Of a stretch of 64,000 bases of DNA, positions 9,410 through 20,275 are shown piece after piece. The position numbers were made by a program, and so were the translations under genes. Within the stretch, counting starts at the first letter, position 1, and every line of letters begins with the position of its first letter. Source of the DNA: Spirochaeta lutea (lineage in GTDB: Bacteria; Spirochaetota; Spirochaetia; DSM-27196; Salinispiraceae); NCBI RefSeq assembly GCF_000758165.1, contig NZ_JNUP01000067.1, forward strand, positions 77,646-141,645, read 5' to 3'. A model generated the notes under the pieces. The model ran no database searches and was not told the DNA's origin. It worked only from the letters and a program-made list of their open reading frames with translations.

Positions 9410-11392
9410 TTATTTTGCCCTCTCTGCCAGCCAGTCCGCCAGGGCCTGGGGCGTAAAACCGATCTTTTCGGCCACAACCTCACCGGGAGCAGAGGCACAG
9501 TAGCTATCAATCCCGTAGGTGTTTCCGGGAATAATGTAAGCATGCCAGCTCATGCCGCGGCTGGCTTCCACGGCGACCCGCCGGTCCAAGGGTCCGAAAA
9601 GAGCCTGCTGCTCCTGGGAAGACCATGATCCGACAAGCTCAAGGCTGAGGATGGACACCACTCGTATGTTTAGCCCCAGGAGTTTGGCCGACTCCAAGGA
9701 TAGAGACACCTCGCTCCCCGTGGCCAACACGGTAAGATCCGGGCTGCCGGAACCTGTCTGGTGCACCTGGTATGCGCCCCGGCGGGCCAGTTCCAACCAG
9801 CCCTCGGGTTTGGGATAGACCTCCAGGTTCTGGCGGGTCATGAGCAGGGATACCGGCTTATCCCGGATCTCCAGGGCGATCTGCCAGGCTGCAATACATT
9901 CCTGGGCGTCCCCGGGGCGGATCAACACATGGTCTATAATCGCCCGGAGAGAACAGATGTGTTCGATGGGCTGGTGGGTGGGGCCGTCTTCACCGACGTA
10001 GAAGGAATCGTGGGTGAAGACGTAAATCGGTGCGATTTTTGAAAGAGCGGCCAGGCGGATGGAGGGCCGGAGATAGTCGGAAAAGGTTAAAAAGGTTGAG
10101 CCGAAGGGGCGCAGCCGACCCGAGGCGGCCAGACCGTTCATGATCCCGGCCATGGCGTGCTCCCGGACGCCGAAATGCAGATTCCGGCCCTGGGGGTTCT
10201 GGGGGGAAAAGTCCTCGTATTCCGTCAGGGTTGTATTGGTGGAGGGGCTTAGGTCGGCGCTGCCGCCCAAAAGACCGGGATAGGCCTGGGCTACAGCCTG
10301 CATTACCGCCCCGTTGGCCTTCCGGGTGGCGATGCTCTTTCCTGGTTCAAAATCCGGCCAGGCTACCTCTGCCTGGGGGATTTGGCTATCAAGACTCCGG
10401 TATTCCCTGGCAAGTTCAGGGTAGGCCTCTGCCCAGGCGGTTAACCGGGCATTCCAATCATCCCAACTGGCTTTCCAGCCCCCCTGAAGAGACTGAATGT
10501 GGGAACTCACCTTTGCAGAAACCTGAAACTCACCTGCGGGATCAAAGCCCAGCTTGGTTTTCATTTTTGCAACAGCCTCGGCACCCAGGGGAGCACCATG
10601 AACCTTATGGCTGCCCTCCAGGCCCTCCGCACCCTTGCCGATGATGGAGGGTAGCACGATAAGGCTCGGCCGGGTCGTAACCGCCTTAGCCTGGTCAACC
10701 GCCCGCAGGATGGAGGTGGAATCGTAAGGATCAGCCTCCAGGACCTGCCAGCCGTAGGCACGGAAGCGGTCCGCCACGGACTCGCTGAAGGCAAGCTCCG
10801 TAGAACCCTCGATGGTAATTGCATTGGAATCGTAGAAGCAGATGAGCCTACCGAGACCAAGGTGGCCTGCCAGGGATGCAGCCTCGCTGGTAATGCCCTC
10901 CATCATACAACCGTCCCCGACCAAGACGTAGGTATGGTAGGAGAAGATCTCGTGACCGGGCCGGTTGTACCGGGCAGCCAGATGCTCCTGCTCCATGGCC
11001 ATGCCCACGGCGTTGCTCAGCCCCTGTCCAAGGGGGCCCGTGGTGGTTTCAACCCCGGGGGTAACCCCGAATTCCGGATGCCCCGGGGTCTTGGAGCCGT
11101 ACTGCCGGAACTGGGTCAGCTCCTCCATGGAAAGCTCATAGCCGCAGAGATGCAGAATGGAGTACAGAAGCATGGAACCGTGCCCTGCGCTCAAGACAAA
11201 CCGGTCCCGTCCTGCCCACTGGGGGTCACCGGGGTAGTGGTGCAGCACCCGGGTATACAGGGTAGCAGCCAGCTCCGCCATCCCCAGGGGCAAGCCGGGG
11301 TGTCCGGAATTCGCCCTCTGAACCGCATCCGCCGACAGTACGCGGATATTTGCCGCCAGCCGTCCGATCTCTTCTATCTGAATCTCTCCCAT
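9410..11392 (-). CDS. tkt: Transketolase.
   Basis: N-terminus ...[33 protein letters not shown] is the canonical TPP-binding transketolase N-terminal. 660 aa. Confidence 0.9.
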   Translation of the reverse strand: MGEIQIEEIGRLAANIRVLSADAVQRANSGHPGLPLGMAELAATLYTRVLHHYPGDPQWAGRDRFVLSAGHGSMLLYSILHLCGYELSMEELTQFRQYGSKTPGHPEFGVTPGVETTTGPLGQGLSNAVGMAMEQEHLAARYNRPGHEIFSYHTYVLVGDGCMMEGITSEAASLAGHLGLGRLICFYDSNAITIEGSTELAFSESVADRFRAYGWQVLEADPYDSTSILRAVDQAKAVTTRPSLIVLPSIIGKGAEGLEGSHKVHGAPLGAEAVAKMKTKLGFDPAGEFQVSAKVSSHIQSLQGGWKASWDDWNARLTAWAEAYPELAREYRSLDSQIPQAEVAWPDFEPGKSIATRKANGAVMQAVAQAYPGLLGGSADLSPSTNTTLTEYEDFSPQNPQGRNLHFGVREHAMAGIMNGLAASGRLRPFGSTFLTFSDYLRPSIRLAALSKIAPIYVFTHDSFYVGEDGPTHQPIEHICSLRAIIDHVLIRPGDAQECIAAWQIALEIRDKPVSLLMTRQNLEVYPKPEGWLELARRGAYQVHQTGSGSPDLTVLATGSEVSLSLESAKLLGLNIRVVSILSLELVGSWSSQEQQALFGPLDRRVAVEASRGMSWHAYIIPGNTYGIDSYCASAPGEVVAEKIGFTPQALADWLAERAK

Positions 11393-11530
11393 GGTCGTTC
11401 CCCTTCTATGTTTGCGTGATCCGTAACGTCTATACCTTTGTAGGTCCTATCTTATCCGCCTTACTTCCGGAACCAATACACACAACTGGCGATGCATATA
11501 CCATATTGACGTTTCAGGTACATATTTAAG

Positions 11531-12145
11531 GTGATTCCCATGCCCGACATCCCGAAATACCTCGGGCTACCCGGAAGGAGAATATCCTGTACCAAATCCC
11601 CGGGATGGTGCTACACTTTTACCATGACTATCCAGCGTGGCTTTTCAGAGGCAATCAAACCGGGAATAACCGAGGTATTCTGGCTCACCGCCCAGCGGTC
11701 AGATTTTGAATCCGACCGGGATCGGGAGATCTACTACAACCGCTGGGCCGGAGGATACCTTGAGCATTACCCCCAGTGGGTATATACCGCTCAGGAAGAC
11801 GGCGTGGTGTTGGGATATCTCCTCGGCTGCCCGGACAGCACCCAAGCCCTGTCCGTCCTGGACTTTCCGGGCCTAGACCTGTTCACCTCATTTTTCGCCG
11901 ACTACCCTGCCCACCTGCACATCAACGTGCATCCCCAGGGCCAGGGTAAGGGCATCGGCCGGAAACTCATTGAGGCCTACTGCCGGGATTTGAAGCATGA
12001 GGGAGTCCCCGGGGTGCATCTGATTACCACCGCCGAGGCGAAAAACCCCGGCTTCTACCGGGCTGTGGGATTTACCTTCGAACACCCCAAGCCCGGCAAG
12101 GGGTACACCCTGCTGTTCATGGGAAGATCCCTGGCTGAGGTGTAG
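11531..12145 (+). CDS. GNAT-family N-acetyltransferase. Start uncertain (GTG at 11531 or ATG at 11540).
   Basis: HINVHPQGQGKGIGRKLIE matches the acetyl-CoA-binding Q/RxxGxG motif. About 200 aa. Confidence 0.6.
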   Translation: MIPMPDIPKYLGLPGRRISCTKSPGWCYTFTMTIQRGFSEAIKPGITEVFWLTAQRSDFESDRDREIYYNRWAGGYLEHYPQWVYTAQEDGVVLGYLLGCPDSTQALSVLDFPGLDLFTSFFADYPAHLHINVHPQGQGKGIGRKLIEAYCRDLKHEGVPGVHLITTAEAKNPGFYRAVGFTFEHPKPGKGYTLLFMGRSLAEV

Positions 12146-12350
12146 CCTACCCAGGCCGATGATCCAAAAAAACCCCGGGCAGAAAACCCGGAGTGGGAAT
12201 TCCACCGGACAGCAGTGCAGCTTCCCGGTGGTGTTCGGTTAGGTTGGTGTCCCCCGGGGTAATCCGACTGGTGCCTGCCGAGCCCCGAAACTCGGGAACG
12301 TCGGAGCCCGGAACCTCAGAGCATGGTGGTATCGGAACCCCGGCACTCGG

Positions 12351-13553
12351 TCAAGGATTCCCCCCGGCTGCCTCGACAACCGCATAATACGCCGGCTTGG
12401 GACTATGATCCTCGGCAAAGAGCAGGGGCCAGTTTTTCCTACCGCTGACCGGGAAATTATCCAGCCAGGTTTTATCATCCGCTACCCCCCAGAAGGTCAC
12501 GTTGCTGACGTACTGGGAATTGTTGACCAGGGTTTGGAATATCTCCCTGTACCGGTCGGCTTGCAGCTCCAGGATCTCCGGGGTGGGTTCCTTGAGGCGG
12601 GTAGCCCGGTCCTCATGCCGGTAGACCGAGACGTCTAATTCGGTAATCTGTACATCCAGTCCCAGGGCTGCAAAGCGCTGGATTCCCCGTTCCAGGGTCC
12701 GGGAGTCGGGGAAGTAGATGTTCCAGTGACCCTGGAATCCGATACCGTCGATGGGAACCCCCTTTTCCAGAAGCCCGGAGAGCAGGGTGTAGATCTTATC
12801 CTGTTTAGCCGGATCCAGTACGCTGTAGTCGTTGTAGTAGAGTTTTGCATCGGGCATGATCCGTTTCGCTAATCGGAAGGCCTCTTCGATGTAATCCTCC
12901 CCGAGAATCTCCAGGTAGGGGGACGGCCGAAGGAACTCCCCGGGAGCATCAGAAATGGCCTCGTTCACCACATCCCAGGCATAGACCACATCGCCGTACC
13001 GGTCTTGCATCCGGGTGAAATGATCCTCCAGGCGCTCCAGGAGTACCTCGGGGCTGGCCTGGGCCCCCATGCTGGAAAAGAACCAGCCCGGGGTCTGTTG
13101 ATGCCATACCAGGGTGTGGCCTCGCATGCCCATACCGTGTTCCCGGGCAAGGTTGGCGATCTCATCGGCGCCGTAGGGTATCCACGAGCCCATTCTCGGG
13201 TGGATGACCATGGGCTTCATTTCATTTTCTGCCGTAAGGCTTCCGAAGTGTTTCACAATTAGTTCCCGAGACCCGAGAACTGTAGAGGAATTAACCGCGC
13301 CGCCGATGGTAAAATGTTCGGAAAACACCCCATTCAGACCGCCGGAACCGGCCTGGGACGCCGATGGGGAGGCTTCCTGGGTTGCACAGCCCATCATGGA
13401 TGAGGCCAGGAGCAAAATCACCCCAAACACCACCCACACCTGGGCTACCGGACAGGGGGCGACACCCCGGGGTTTCCTGCACGCTCGTAACCAGGTTCCG
13501 TGCTCCCGGTTGGTCTTGGGGCGAGATCCGCCCCGAGGGGTTTGGTTAGTCAT
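12351..13553 (-). CDS. Endo-1,4-beta-xylanase, GH10 family, probably a lipoprotein.
   Basis: GH10 signatures HTLVWHQQTPGWF, WDVVNEA (acid/base Glu) and ITELDV (nucleophile Glu). Lipobox-like LLLASSMMGC. Confidence 0.8.
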   Translation of the reverse strand: MTNQTPRGGSRPKTNREHGTWLRACRKPRGVAPCPVAQVWVVFGVILLLASSMMGCATQEASPSASQAGSGGLNGVFSEHFTIGGAVNSSTVLGSRELIVKHFGSLTAENEMKPMVIHPRMGSWIPYGADEIANLAREHGMGMRGHTLVWHQQTPGWFFSSMGAQASPEVLLERLEDHFTRMQDRYGDVVYAWDVVNEAISDAPGEFLRPSPYLEILGEDYIEEAFRLAKRIMPDAKLYYNDYSVLDPAKQDKIYTLLSGLLEKGVPIDGIGFQGHWNIYFPDSRTLERGIQRFAALGLDVQITELDVSVYRHEDRATRLKEPTPEILELQADRYREIFQTLVNNSQYVSNVTFWGVADDKTWLDNFPVSGRKNWPLLFAEDHSPKPAYYAVVEAAGGNP

Positions 13554-15252
13554 GGTCTTCCTCCTGGTAGGTTAGGTAGTCAAAGTCGGCGGTAAAGGAA
13601 CGGCCGCTGAGGTCGAAACATCCCAGGCCGAGGAAGGTCCCCGTAAAGCCCATGGGATGGGCGTACTCGTCGGATAGTTTTGAGGCATCCAATTCGGGGC
13701 CGATGGTCTGCCAGGCTGAACCGTCCTGACTCCATTCGAATTGCAGGGTTCGGTAATCCATTCGGACCGCTAGCCATAGTTGGGATCCGTCGACCGGTAC
13801 CTCCTGTTCCGCCAAGGGCAGGTTGATACGCTGTTGATCGAAGACAATGATTCCCAGGCTCTGACCGCCCTGTCCATCGCCCTGTATGCGGAGAATGTAC
13901 TGGGTGGCTTCATCGTAACGGACCACTAAACCGGCGAATTGCTGAAAATCCTCGGGTACTGCACTGAGTTTGGTTTCTCCCCGCCAGCGGAAGCTCTGGG
14001 CCCGCCGGGCCAGGAGACTCTGGCGGAACCGGCTGGTGGGGCTTTCGGCGCCGGTTAACCGAAGCCAACCGGGTCTGGAACGGATGTCGTAGCGATCATC
14101 TGCGGGAATGCGCAGGGTTTGCAGCTCTTTGGACCAGCCCGGGGCGTTGAAATCCTCCTGCCATATCCGGGGGTGAATCTGAACCCCGTCGGGTTGGTAG
14201 ATTCCGGGTTGCCTGGTGCTTTTTTTGGCTGTGTTGGCGAGGCCGGGGCGCTGGGAAAACTCTACGGTTGTCCGGGAGCCAGGTTCGTCCGGCCAGGGCC
14301 AGGCGTCCTCGCGCCAGGTTAGACGCTGAAGAGCGGTTTCCCGACCCAGGGGACAATGCTGAGTGCCCGGCAGGGGCCGTCCGCAGAGATGCGCCAGGAT
14401 CCATTCATCGCCCTGCCAGGGAACCATACTGCCGTGGCCTGCCTTTTGAAGCCCCGGGAACAGAAAGGGGGTTTCATCCCTGGCTTCTTTTCTTGCTTCC
14501 CTGAAGCCCTGGCGGTCCCGTACTGAGCTGAGCAAGGGGGTCTGGGGGTGGAGTTCGTAGGGGCCGGTCAGGCTTTTACTCCGGGCGAGGGTGACGGCGT
14601 GGGCGTACTCGGTGCCGCCTTCGGCGGTCATGAGGTAATAATAATCGCCCCGCTTATAGAGATGGGGCGCTTCGGTAACCCCGATGGACGTACCGCTGAA
14701 AATATTGGATCGCGGGCCCACCAGACGCCGGCGGCGGTGGTCGTATTCCTGAAGAACGATGCCTGCAAAGCTGTTATGACCCGGCCGGTAATCCCATACC
14801 TGGTTTAGCAGGTATTTTTTCCCGTCCTCATCGTGGAAGAGACTCGGGTCAAAACCGCTGGAGTTCAGGTATATGGGCTCGCTCCAGGGGCCCTGGATGT
14901 CCGGAGCGGTAACCAGATAGTTATGGGTGTCCTTGAATCCGTTTCCGTGGTCCGGGGGGGAACCAGCCCAGTTCTTCACATCCGTGTAGATGAGCCAGAA
15001 CTGTCCCTCGGCATGGGTTAGACAGGGTGCCCAGATCCCCCCGGAGGACGGATTTCCCGCCATATCCAGCTGACTCCTGCGCTGGAGGGGCCTGGACGCC
15101 AAGGTCCAGGTCTCCAGGTTCCGGCTATGGTAGACCAACACCCCGGGGAACCACTGGAAGGTGCTTACGGCGATGTAGAAATCCTCCCCTACCCTGCAAA
15201 TGGAAGGATCAGGGTTGAATCCCCGGAGGATTGGATTATGTATGGTCGGCAT
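13546..15252 (-). CDS. GH43 beta-xylosidase/alpha-L-arabinofuranosidase.
   Basis: N-terminus MPTIHNPILRGFNPDPSICRVGEDFYIAVSTF is the canonical GH43 XynB-like start, with a C-terminal beta-sandwich domain. Confidence 0.85.
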   Translation of the reverse strand: MPTIHNPILRGFNPDPSICRVGEDFYIAVSTFQWFPGVLVYHSRNLETWTLASRPLQRRSQLDMAGNPSSGGIWAPCLTHAEGQFWLIYTDVKNWAGSPPDHGNGFKDTHNYLVTAPDIQGPWSEPIYLNSSGFDPSLFHDEDGKKYLLNQVWDYRPGHNSFAGIVLQEYDHRRRRLVGPRSNIFSGTSIGVTEAPHLYKRGDYYYLMTAEGGTEYAHAVTLARSKSLTGPYELHPQTPLLSSVRDRQGFREARKEARDETPFLFPGLQKAGHGSMVPWQGDEWILAHLCGRPLPGTQHCPLGRETALQRLTWREDAWPWPDEPGSRTTVEFSQRPGLANTAKKSTRQPGIYQPDGVQIHPRIWQEDFNAPGWSKELQTLRIPADDRYDIRSRPGWLRLTGAESPTSRFRQSLLARRAQSFRWRGETKLSAVPEDFQQFAGLVVRYDEATQYILRIQGDGQGGQSLGIIVFDQQRINLPLAEQEVPVDGSQLWLAVRMDYRTLQFEWSQDGSAWQTIGPELDASKLSDEYAHPMGFTGTFLGLGCFDLSGRSFTADFDYLTYQEEDHD

Positions 15253-15256
15253 GTTG

Positions 15257-16090
15257 TTACCCCTTTACGGCGCCAATGGTTAGTCCCCTGATGATCGCCT
15301 TGGAAAAGAACACCACCACCAGGATGATGGGGATGATCGATATGGTCACTCCCAGGTAGATCGCTCCGTAGTTCGCCTCATAGAGTCCCCGAATATTAGA
15401 AATAACCAGGGGCATGGGGAACTTTTCTGCGGAGTGGAGAAGAATCATGGGGGTTATGAGATCGTTCCATTTGTTAATGAATGTGAAGATCGACATGGTG
15501 GCCACCGCGGGCATAGCCAGGGGAAAGACGATCCGGTTGAAGATGTAAAACTCCCCGGCCCCGTCGATGATGGCAGCTTCAATGAGGCTGTCACTGACAC
15601 TCTGCTCGATGTAGGCCCGGACGAAAAACACCATTCCCGCATTGGCGATCATGGGAAGAATCAGGGGAGCATAGGTGTCTATGAGACCCAACCCCACCAC
15701 CAGATCATAGTATCCGATGAGTCCGAGCTGCTGGGGTATCATCATGGTGCCTAGGACTACCCAGAACAGTATGTTCCGGCCCTTGAAGCGGAACTTCGCA
15801 AACCCGTAGGCCGTTAGCGCACTAAAGAAGGCTGAGAGCACCACTGAAGGAACGGTAATGATGAAGCTGGATAGAAAACCTCGCCAAATATTCACCTTCC
15901 CCTGGATGATTTCATAGTTCTCCTCCAGATCCTGGCCGGGGGTTACCCAGACATTCTGAGAGATCTCCACATTGCTCCGGGTGGAGTTAATCACCATCAT
16001 ATAAAACGGCAGTACACAGATGAAGGCCAAAACGACCAGGAAGGTGTACAGTCCGATTTTTCCTGCTAGGCTCTGTTTTTCGATAATCAT
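15257..16090 (-). CDS. Carbohydrate ABC transporter permease (MalG-like).
   Basis: 6-TM permease carrying the EAA-loop motif ...IEAAIIDGAGEFYIFNRIVFP. Confidence 0.8.
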   Translation of the reverse strand: MIIEKQSLAGKIGLYTFLVVLAFICVLPFYMMVINSTRSNVEISQNVWVTPGQDLEENYEIIQGKVNIWRGFLSSFIITVPSVVLSAFFSALTAYGFAKFRFKGRNILFWVVLGTMMIPQQLGLIGYYDLVVGLGLIDTYAPLILPMIANAGMVFFVRAYIEQSVSDSLIEAAIIDGAGEFYIFNRIVFPLAMPAVATMSIFTFINKWNDLITPMILLHSAEKFPMPLVISNIRGLYEANYGAIYLGVTISIIPIILVVVFFSKAIIRGLTIGAVKG

Positions 16091-17052
16091 CGGCTACCCC
16101 CTCGTTTGGGTTTCCCATCGTAGTGCAGCATTCGGTAGGATAGGACGGATAGAATCAGAATCATGATGAAGAGTACGTAGGCCAGGGCCGCAGCGTAACC
16201 CACGTTGTAGTTCCTGAAGGCTTGGTTGTAGAGGTACAAGACCATGGTTGTCAGGGCGTTATCCGGTGCTCCGCGTCCGTTGGTGAGAACCCGGGGAATG
16301 TCGAAGATCTGCAGTCCCCCTATCAGGGAGGTAACCATGATGTACGCCAGGGTGGGCCGCAGGAGGGGCAGGGTTATACGGTAGAAGACCTGTCCCCGAC
16401 CGGCCCCGTCAATGTAGGCAGCCTCATACAACTCGGTATCCATGGCACTGAGTCCGGCCATGACGATGATGGTGGTGTATCCGAACCACTGCCACCATTG
16501 GATGAAGGAAACCGTGGCCTGGGTTACCCCCGGGATGGTCAGGTAGTTGATGGGTTCGGATATGATCCCGATCCGCATGAGCATCATGTTCAGGGTTCCA
16601 AAGCGCCAATCCATAAGCACTGCAAAAAGAACCCCGATGGAGGCAGCGGTGACCAGGTTAGGAAGAAAGAAAAAGGTGCGGAATGTCTCTTTTCCTTTGA
16701 TATTATAGTCCGTCAGGACAACCCCCAGATACAGGGCAAAGCCCACCTGGGGAATAAAATTCATGAGCCAGATTTTCCAGGTATTCCCGATGGATTGGTA
16801 GAATAACTCAGTGGTAAACAGCCGCTGATAGTTGCCCAGTCCAATGAACTCGTTTTCGTACATGTTTATGGGAGTCTGGAGACTCAATACGAAGGTTGAG
16901 ATAATGGGATACAATTGAAAGGTTAAAAAGGCAAGAAAGAACGGGGCGATAAATAGATACCCCTTGTTTCCCCGTTTTGAAAAAAAGCCCAGACGAGGTG
17001 GACGGTCGAATCGTGCAGCCGCTGGCGGGCCGGCAGGGACCCGTTGACTCAT
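16087..17052 (-). CDS. Carbohydrate ABC transporter permease (MalF-like).
   Basis: EAA loop EAAYIDGAGRGQVFYRITLPLLRP. Stop overlaps the start of the downstream permease. Confidence 0.8.
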   Translation of the reverse strand: MSQRVPAGPPAAARFDRPPRLGFFSKRGNKGYLFIAPFFLAFLTFQLYPIISTFVLSLQTPINMYENEFIGLGNYQRLFTTELFYQSIGNTWKIWLMNFIPQVGFALYLGVVLTDYNIKGKETFRTFFFLPNLVTAASIGVLFAVLMDWRFGTLNMMLMRIGIISEPINYLTIPGVTQATVSFIQWWQWFGYTTIIVMAGLSAMDTELYEAAYIDGAGRGQVFYRITLPLLRPTLAYIMVTSLIGGLQIFDIPRVLTNGRGAPDNALTTMVLYLYNQAFRNYNVGYAAALAYVLFIMILILSVLSYRMLHYDGKPKRGGSR

Positions 17053-17118
17053 AGGTGCCTCCTTTTGAAATTAAAAGGCGGACCGGCCGAAGCCAGTCCG
17101 CCGAAGGTACGCCTTAGC

Positions 17119-18447
17119 TTAGCGTTCTACTACAACCTCGGTAATATTCGGAATAATATCCATTACCGCAGTCTTAAAGGATTCAATGGCCTCATCCAGG
17201 GTTTTCTGGCCGTTGGCATAGAGTTCCACCTCATCGCCCCAGGCATTCTGGATCTGGAAGTCCCACGGTCCGATGAAAGAAACATCGATCTTCTCAACCT
17301 CTTCTGCGAAGTAGGCATAGTGGTTTTGACCGCCCAGGAAGGGCTCGGAGAAATCACCCTTGATCTTTTCGATTACATCCATATTAGCTACGAAGTCACC
17401 GGTTTCCTTGGCCCAGAATTCCTGGAACTCGGGATTGCTTCCGATGAACTTCACAAGCTTCCATGCAAGCTCTTTGTTTTTGCTGTTCCGGTTGATTCCG
17501 ATCCAGGTACCACCCCAGCTGTAAGAGGCAGGGGGAGTCGCAAGGCCCCAGTCTCCGCTGAACTCAGCTTCGCCGGCATTGGCTTCGGGTTCGGCGTTGG
17601 GTTTTAGGACGTAGTGCAGACCCCAGGTGGGAAGAATGAAGGCAAATACGCTTCCATCGGCCATGGAGCTGAACCAGGGAGGTGACCATGTTCCGGCGCC
17701 TGCTTCGATCCGGTTCTCACGCATTTCCTTGGCAACTTCCATGTACTCAACAAGGGTCGCCGGAATTACGACCTTATCACCCTGGAGATAGGGTTCGGTT
17801 CTCCGGTTATAAATGAATTCAGACATGTCGGTGTATCCTGAGAGCAGGAATTTTTCACCGCTGTAGTGTTCTTTGATCATTTCGCCCAGCTCATAGAACT
17901 TGTCCAGACTACTGGTCCACTCGCTAACCACCTCGGGGTCATCGGTGCCCAATACATCCCGGGCGATGCTCCTGCGGTAGAAGAGTCCACCGGGGGTTGC
18001 CTGCCATGACAGCGCGGTAATCCGACCCTGTCCGTCCCGAGAAAGATCCGGTACATACTCTACCAGGTTGTCCATGAGTTCTTCGGCATTGTAGGGTGCG
18101 CCGGAAAGGGGCTCCCAGTAGCCTGACTCGATCATTTGGCGGAACCATGCCCGCTCACCGGTAAATACATCGGGCAGCTCACTCCGGGAACGCATGGTAT
18201 TGTTAATCCGGTTGAGATACACCTCGTCCTCGTTTGGAAATACAGTGAACTCAATTTCAATGTCAGGATAGTATTCCTGAAACTTATCCAACATTCCCCC
18301 AAGTTCATCGGTGAATGACCAGACAACCAACTTCCCGCTGTCGGCATCACCAGTGGATGAAGCCTGTTCACCCTGACCGCCCGCAAAACCTATCCCTGCC
18401 AGAGCGAGGCTAAGCAGTACAGCAGTTAATACCCGAACCATTTTCAT
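17119..18447 (-). CDS. Extracellular solute-binding protein of a sugar ABC transporter, probably for xylo-oligosaccharides.
   Basis: Signal peptide MKMVRVLTAVLLSLALAGIGFAGG, 442 aa. Position is upstream of the two permeases and the xylanase/xylosidase. Confidence 0.8.
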   Translation of the reverse strand: MKMVRVLTAVLLSLALAGIGFAGGQGEQASSTGDADSGKLVVWSFTDELGGMLDKFQEYYPDIEIEFTVFPNEDEVYLNRINNTMRSRSELPDVFTGERAWFRQMIESGYWEPLSGAPYNAEELMDNLVEYVPDLSRDGQGRITALSWQATPGGLFYRRSIARDVLGTDDPEVVSEWTSSLDKFYELGEMIKEHYSGEKFLLSGYTDMSEFIYNRRTEPYLQGDKVVIPATLVEYMEVAKEMRENRIEAGAGTWSPPWFSSMADGSVFAFILPTWGLHYVLKPNAEPEANAGEAEFSGDWGLATPPASYSWGGTWIGINRNSKNKELAWKLVKFIGSNPEFQEFWAKETGDFVANMDVIEKIKGDFSEPFLGGQNHYAYFAEEVEKIDVSFIGPWDFQIQNAWGDEVELYANGQKTLDEAIESFKTAVMDIIPNITEVVVER

Positions 18448-18468
18448 GGTTACCTCCTTTGGTATATT

Positions 18469-18488
18469 GTATCATACAACAATGATAC
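18469..18488. promoter_or_regulatory. Candidate operator palindrome GTATCAT-ACAACA-ATGATAC just upstream of the solute-binding-protein gene start.
   Basis: Perfect 7-bp inverted repeat with a 6-bp spacer, located 22 bp upstream of the SBP start codon in the divergent intergenic region shared with the AraR-like regulator gene. Confidence 0.35.
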
Positions 18489-18730
18489 ATTTACTGATTT
18501 GTTTCATCGTAACACCGGACAACTGTCCCGTAAAGATTTTTTTTCCGTTTTCCGACCGTGAAATGCCTCGCCAACTCAACCTTCCGGGATTATTCGGGCT
18601 GGCAGGCCGGTTATCCCCCCTACATTGGGGCTCAGAAAGGCCGCTTAGCGGGCAGGCCTCCCCGATTCCCCCGAATCGGGGAAAAATCCCCGGTTCTTCT
18701 TCCCCAAAAACAGAATAACTTGTATGATAT

Positions 18731-19876
18731 TTGTATAGGATAAACCATACAATGAAGAACCAACGACTTAAGTATATTGCAGTTCGGGATCAGCTTGCCA
18801 ATACCTTCGACCGGGAACAATACCAGGCGGGTCAACAGCTCCCCACAGAAAATGAGTTATCCCGATCTCTGGGGGTCAGCAGGACTACGGTGCGACAAGC
18901 CCTGGAGCTGTTAACAAACCAGGGGATTATTGTGAAGCGCCAGGGCAGCGGCACCTATTACCAGGGCATTGCCGAGGTTCCCGAGCAGGCGAATCACCCT
19001 AAAACCAAAAAAGGATTCATCGGGCTGGTCAATTTTAACTTCATGGGATACATCTACCCGGAAATCATCCAGGGGATGGAAGAAACCCTGGCGAAGGAAG
19101 GATACTCCCTGGCCATTGCCCCATGCAACCAGAACCACGCGAAAGAAACCGAGTCTGTAGAGCGCCTGGTGGAACAGGGGGTTAAGGGGCTCATCATCGA
19201 ACCCTCCCAGAACCTGCAGATCAACGAATCCCACCCCCTGAGCAGGATCATCCGCCGCCTGACTATTCCCGTGGTTACCACCCATTGGGGCATTACGAAT
19301 CAAATGGTTTCAACGGTTTCCATGGATGATGTAATGGTGGGATTTCAAGCCACAAAGTACCTCCTGGACAGGGGCCACCGCCGGATCGGCTACATCATGA
19401 AATCCGATGTCCAGGCGGGTCACGACCGCTTTACGGGTTATAAAAAAGCCCTGACAGAGGCCGGCATCGCCTTCGATCCCGCCCGGGTTTCCCAATACAC
19501 CCTGGAGGATGAAGAACCGGGCATTTTGGTTGCCTACAATTCGACCATGGAGCTGCTCAATCATCCGGGTTCCCGGCCCTCGGCTATCTTTTATTTTAAT
19601 GACCAGACCGCCCAACAGGGGTACCGGGCCATCCAGGATTCGGGCCTTAGGATTCCCGAGGATATCTCGGTAATCAGCGTGGATAACTACCGCCCCTCGG
19701 CCCTCATGTATCCGCCCCTGACCACCTTCGAGCACCCGAAATATGAACTTGGTCGGTGGGCGGCAAAAATTCTGCTCTCGGAGATGGAGCCTCGAAGTCC
19801 GAAGCTGCATATGAAGATGGTCTTTGAGCCGGTACTGGTAGAACGGAAGAGCGTCGGTCTGTACAAGGGCGACTGA
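18731..19876 (+). CDS. Transcriptional regulator with GntR-type winged HTH N-terminus and LacI/periplasmic-binding-protein-type sugar-binding C-terminus (AraR-like).
   Basis: N-terminus IAVRDQLANTFDREQYQAGQQLPTENELSRSLGVSRTTVRQALELL is a GntR HTH. The remainder is a PBP type I fold. Divergent from the xylan operon. Confidence 0.75.
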   Translation: MYRINHTMKNQRLKYIAVRDQLANTFDREQYQAGQQLPTENELSRSLGVSRTTVRQALELLTNQGIIVKRQGSGTYYQGIAEVPEQANHPKTKKGFIGLVNFNFMGYIYPEIIQGMEETLAKEGYSLAIAPCNQNHAKETESVERLVEQGVKGLIIEPSQNLQINESHPLSRIIRRLTIPVVTTHWGITNQMVSTVSMDDVMVGFQATKYLLDRGHRRIGYIMKSDVQAGHDRFTGYKKALTEAGIAFDPARVSQYTLEDEEPGILVAYNSTMELLNHPGSRPSAIFYFNDQTAQQGYRAIQDSGLRIPEDISVISVDNYRPSALMYPPLTTFEHPKYELGRWAAKILLSEMEPRSPKLHMKMVFEPVLVERKSVGLYKGD

Positions 19877-20082
19877 ACCGGAGCAGAAATTGGCTGTTCC
19901 CGGTGCGGACTACTCGCTGCAAGCGTACGCTCCCGGTAGAGGAGATTACGATTGGCCGTCGCCGGTGCTGGTTGCACATCAATTGCAGCCCGGGGATGAG
20001 CTTTCCCGGCCGCGGCTGATCCGGGAACATAGCAGCGTACCCACCCGATCGCCTTCCGGCCCGGAACGCTACCAGGAATATG

Positions 20083-20188
20083 TAGTGCGCAAAAGGTTGT
20101 AAACTACGCCATATTCTAGTGGCGCAGTTCGGGAACCAACCCAGGGATGGTGTCACCAGGGCAAAAAGTTACAACCTTTTGCGCACTA
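20083..20188. repeat. 106-bp element bounded by inverted repeats TAGTGCGCAAAAGGTTGTAAAC / GTTACAACCTTTTGCGCACTA (copy B of the 9191-9296 family).
   Basis: Direct reading. Same length and terminal repeats as copy A, with an internal GGGCAAAAAG segment. It sits between convergent genes. Confidence 0.65.
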
Positions 20189-20275
20189 TACAAGGAACAA
20201 AAAAGGGATCCGACACCCTACCAGAGGCATCGGATCCCAAAGCATGGGGGTTCTACCGCCCATACCCAGACAACG

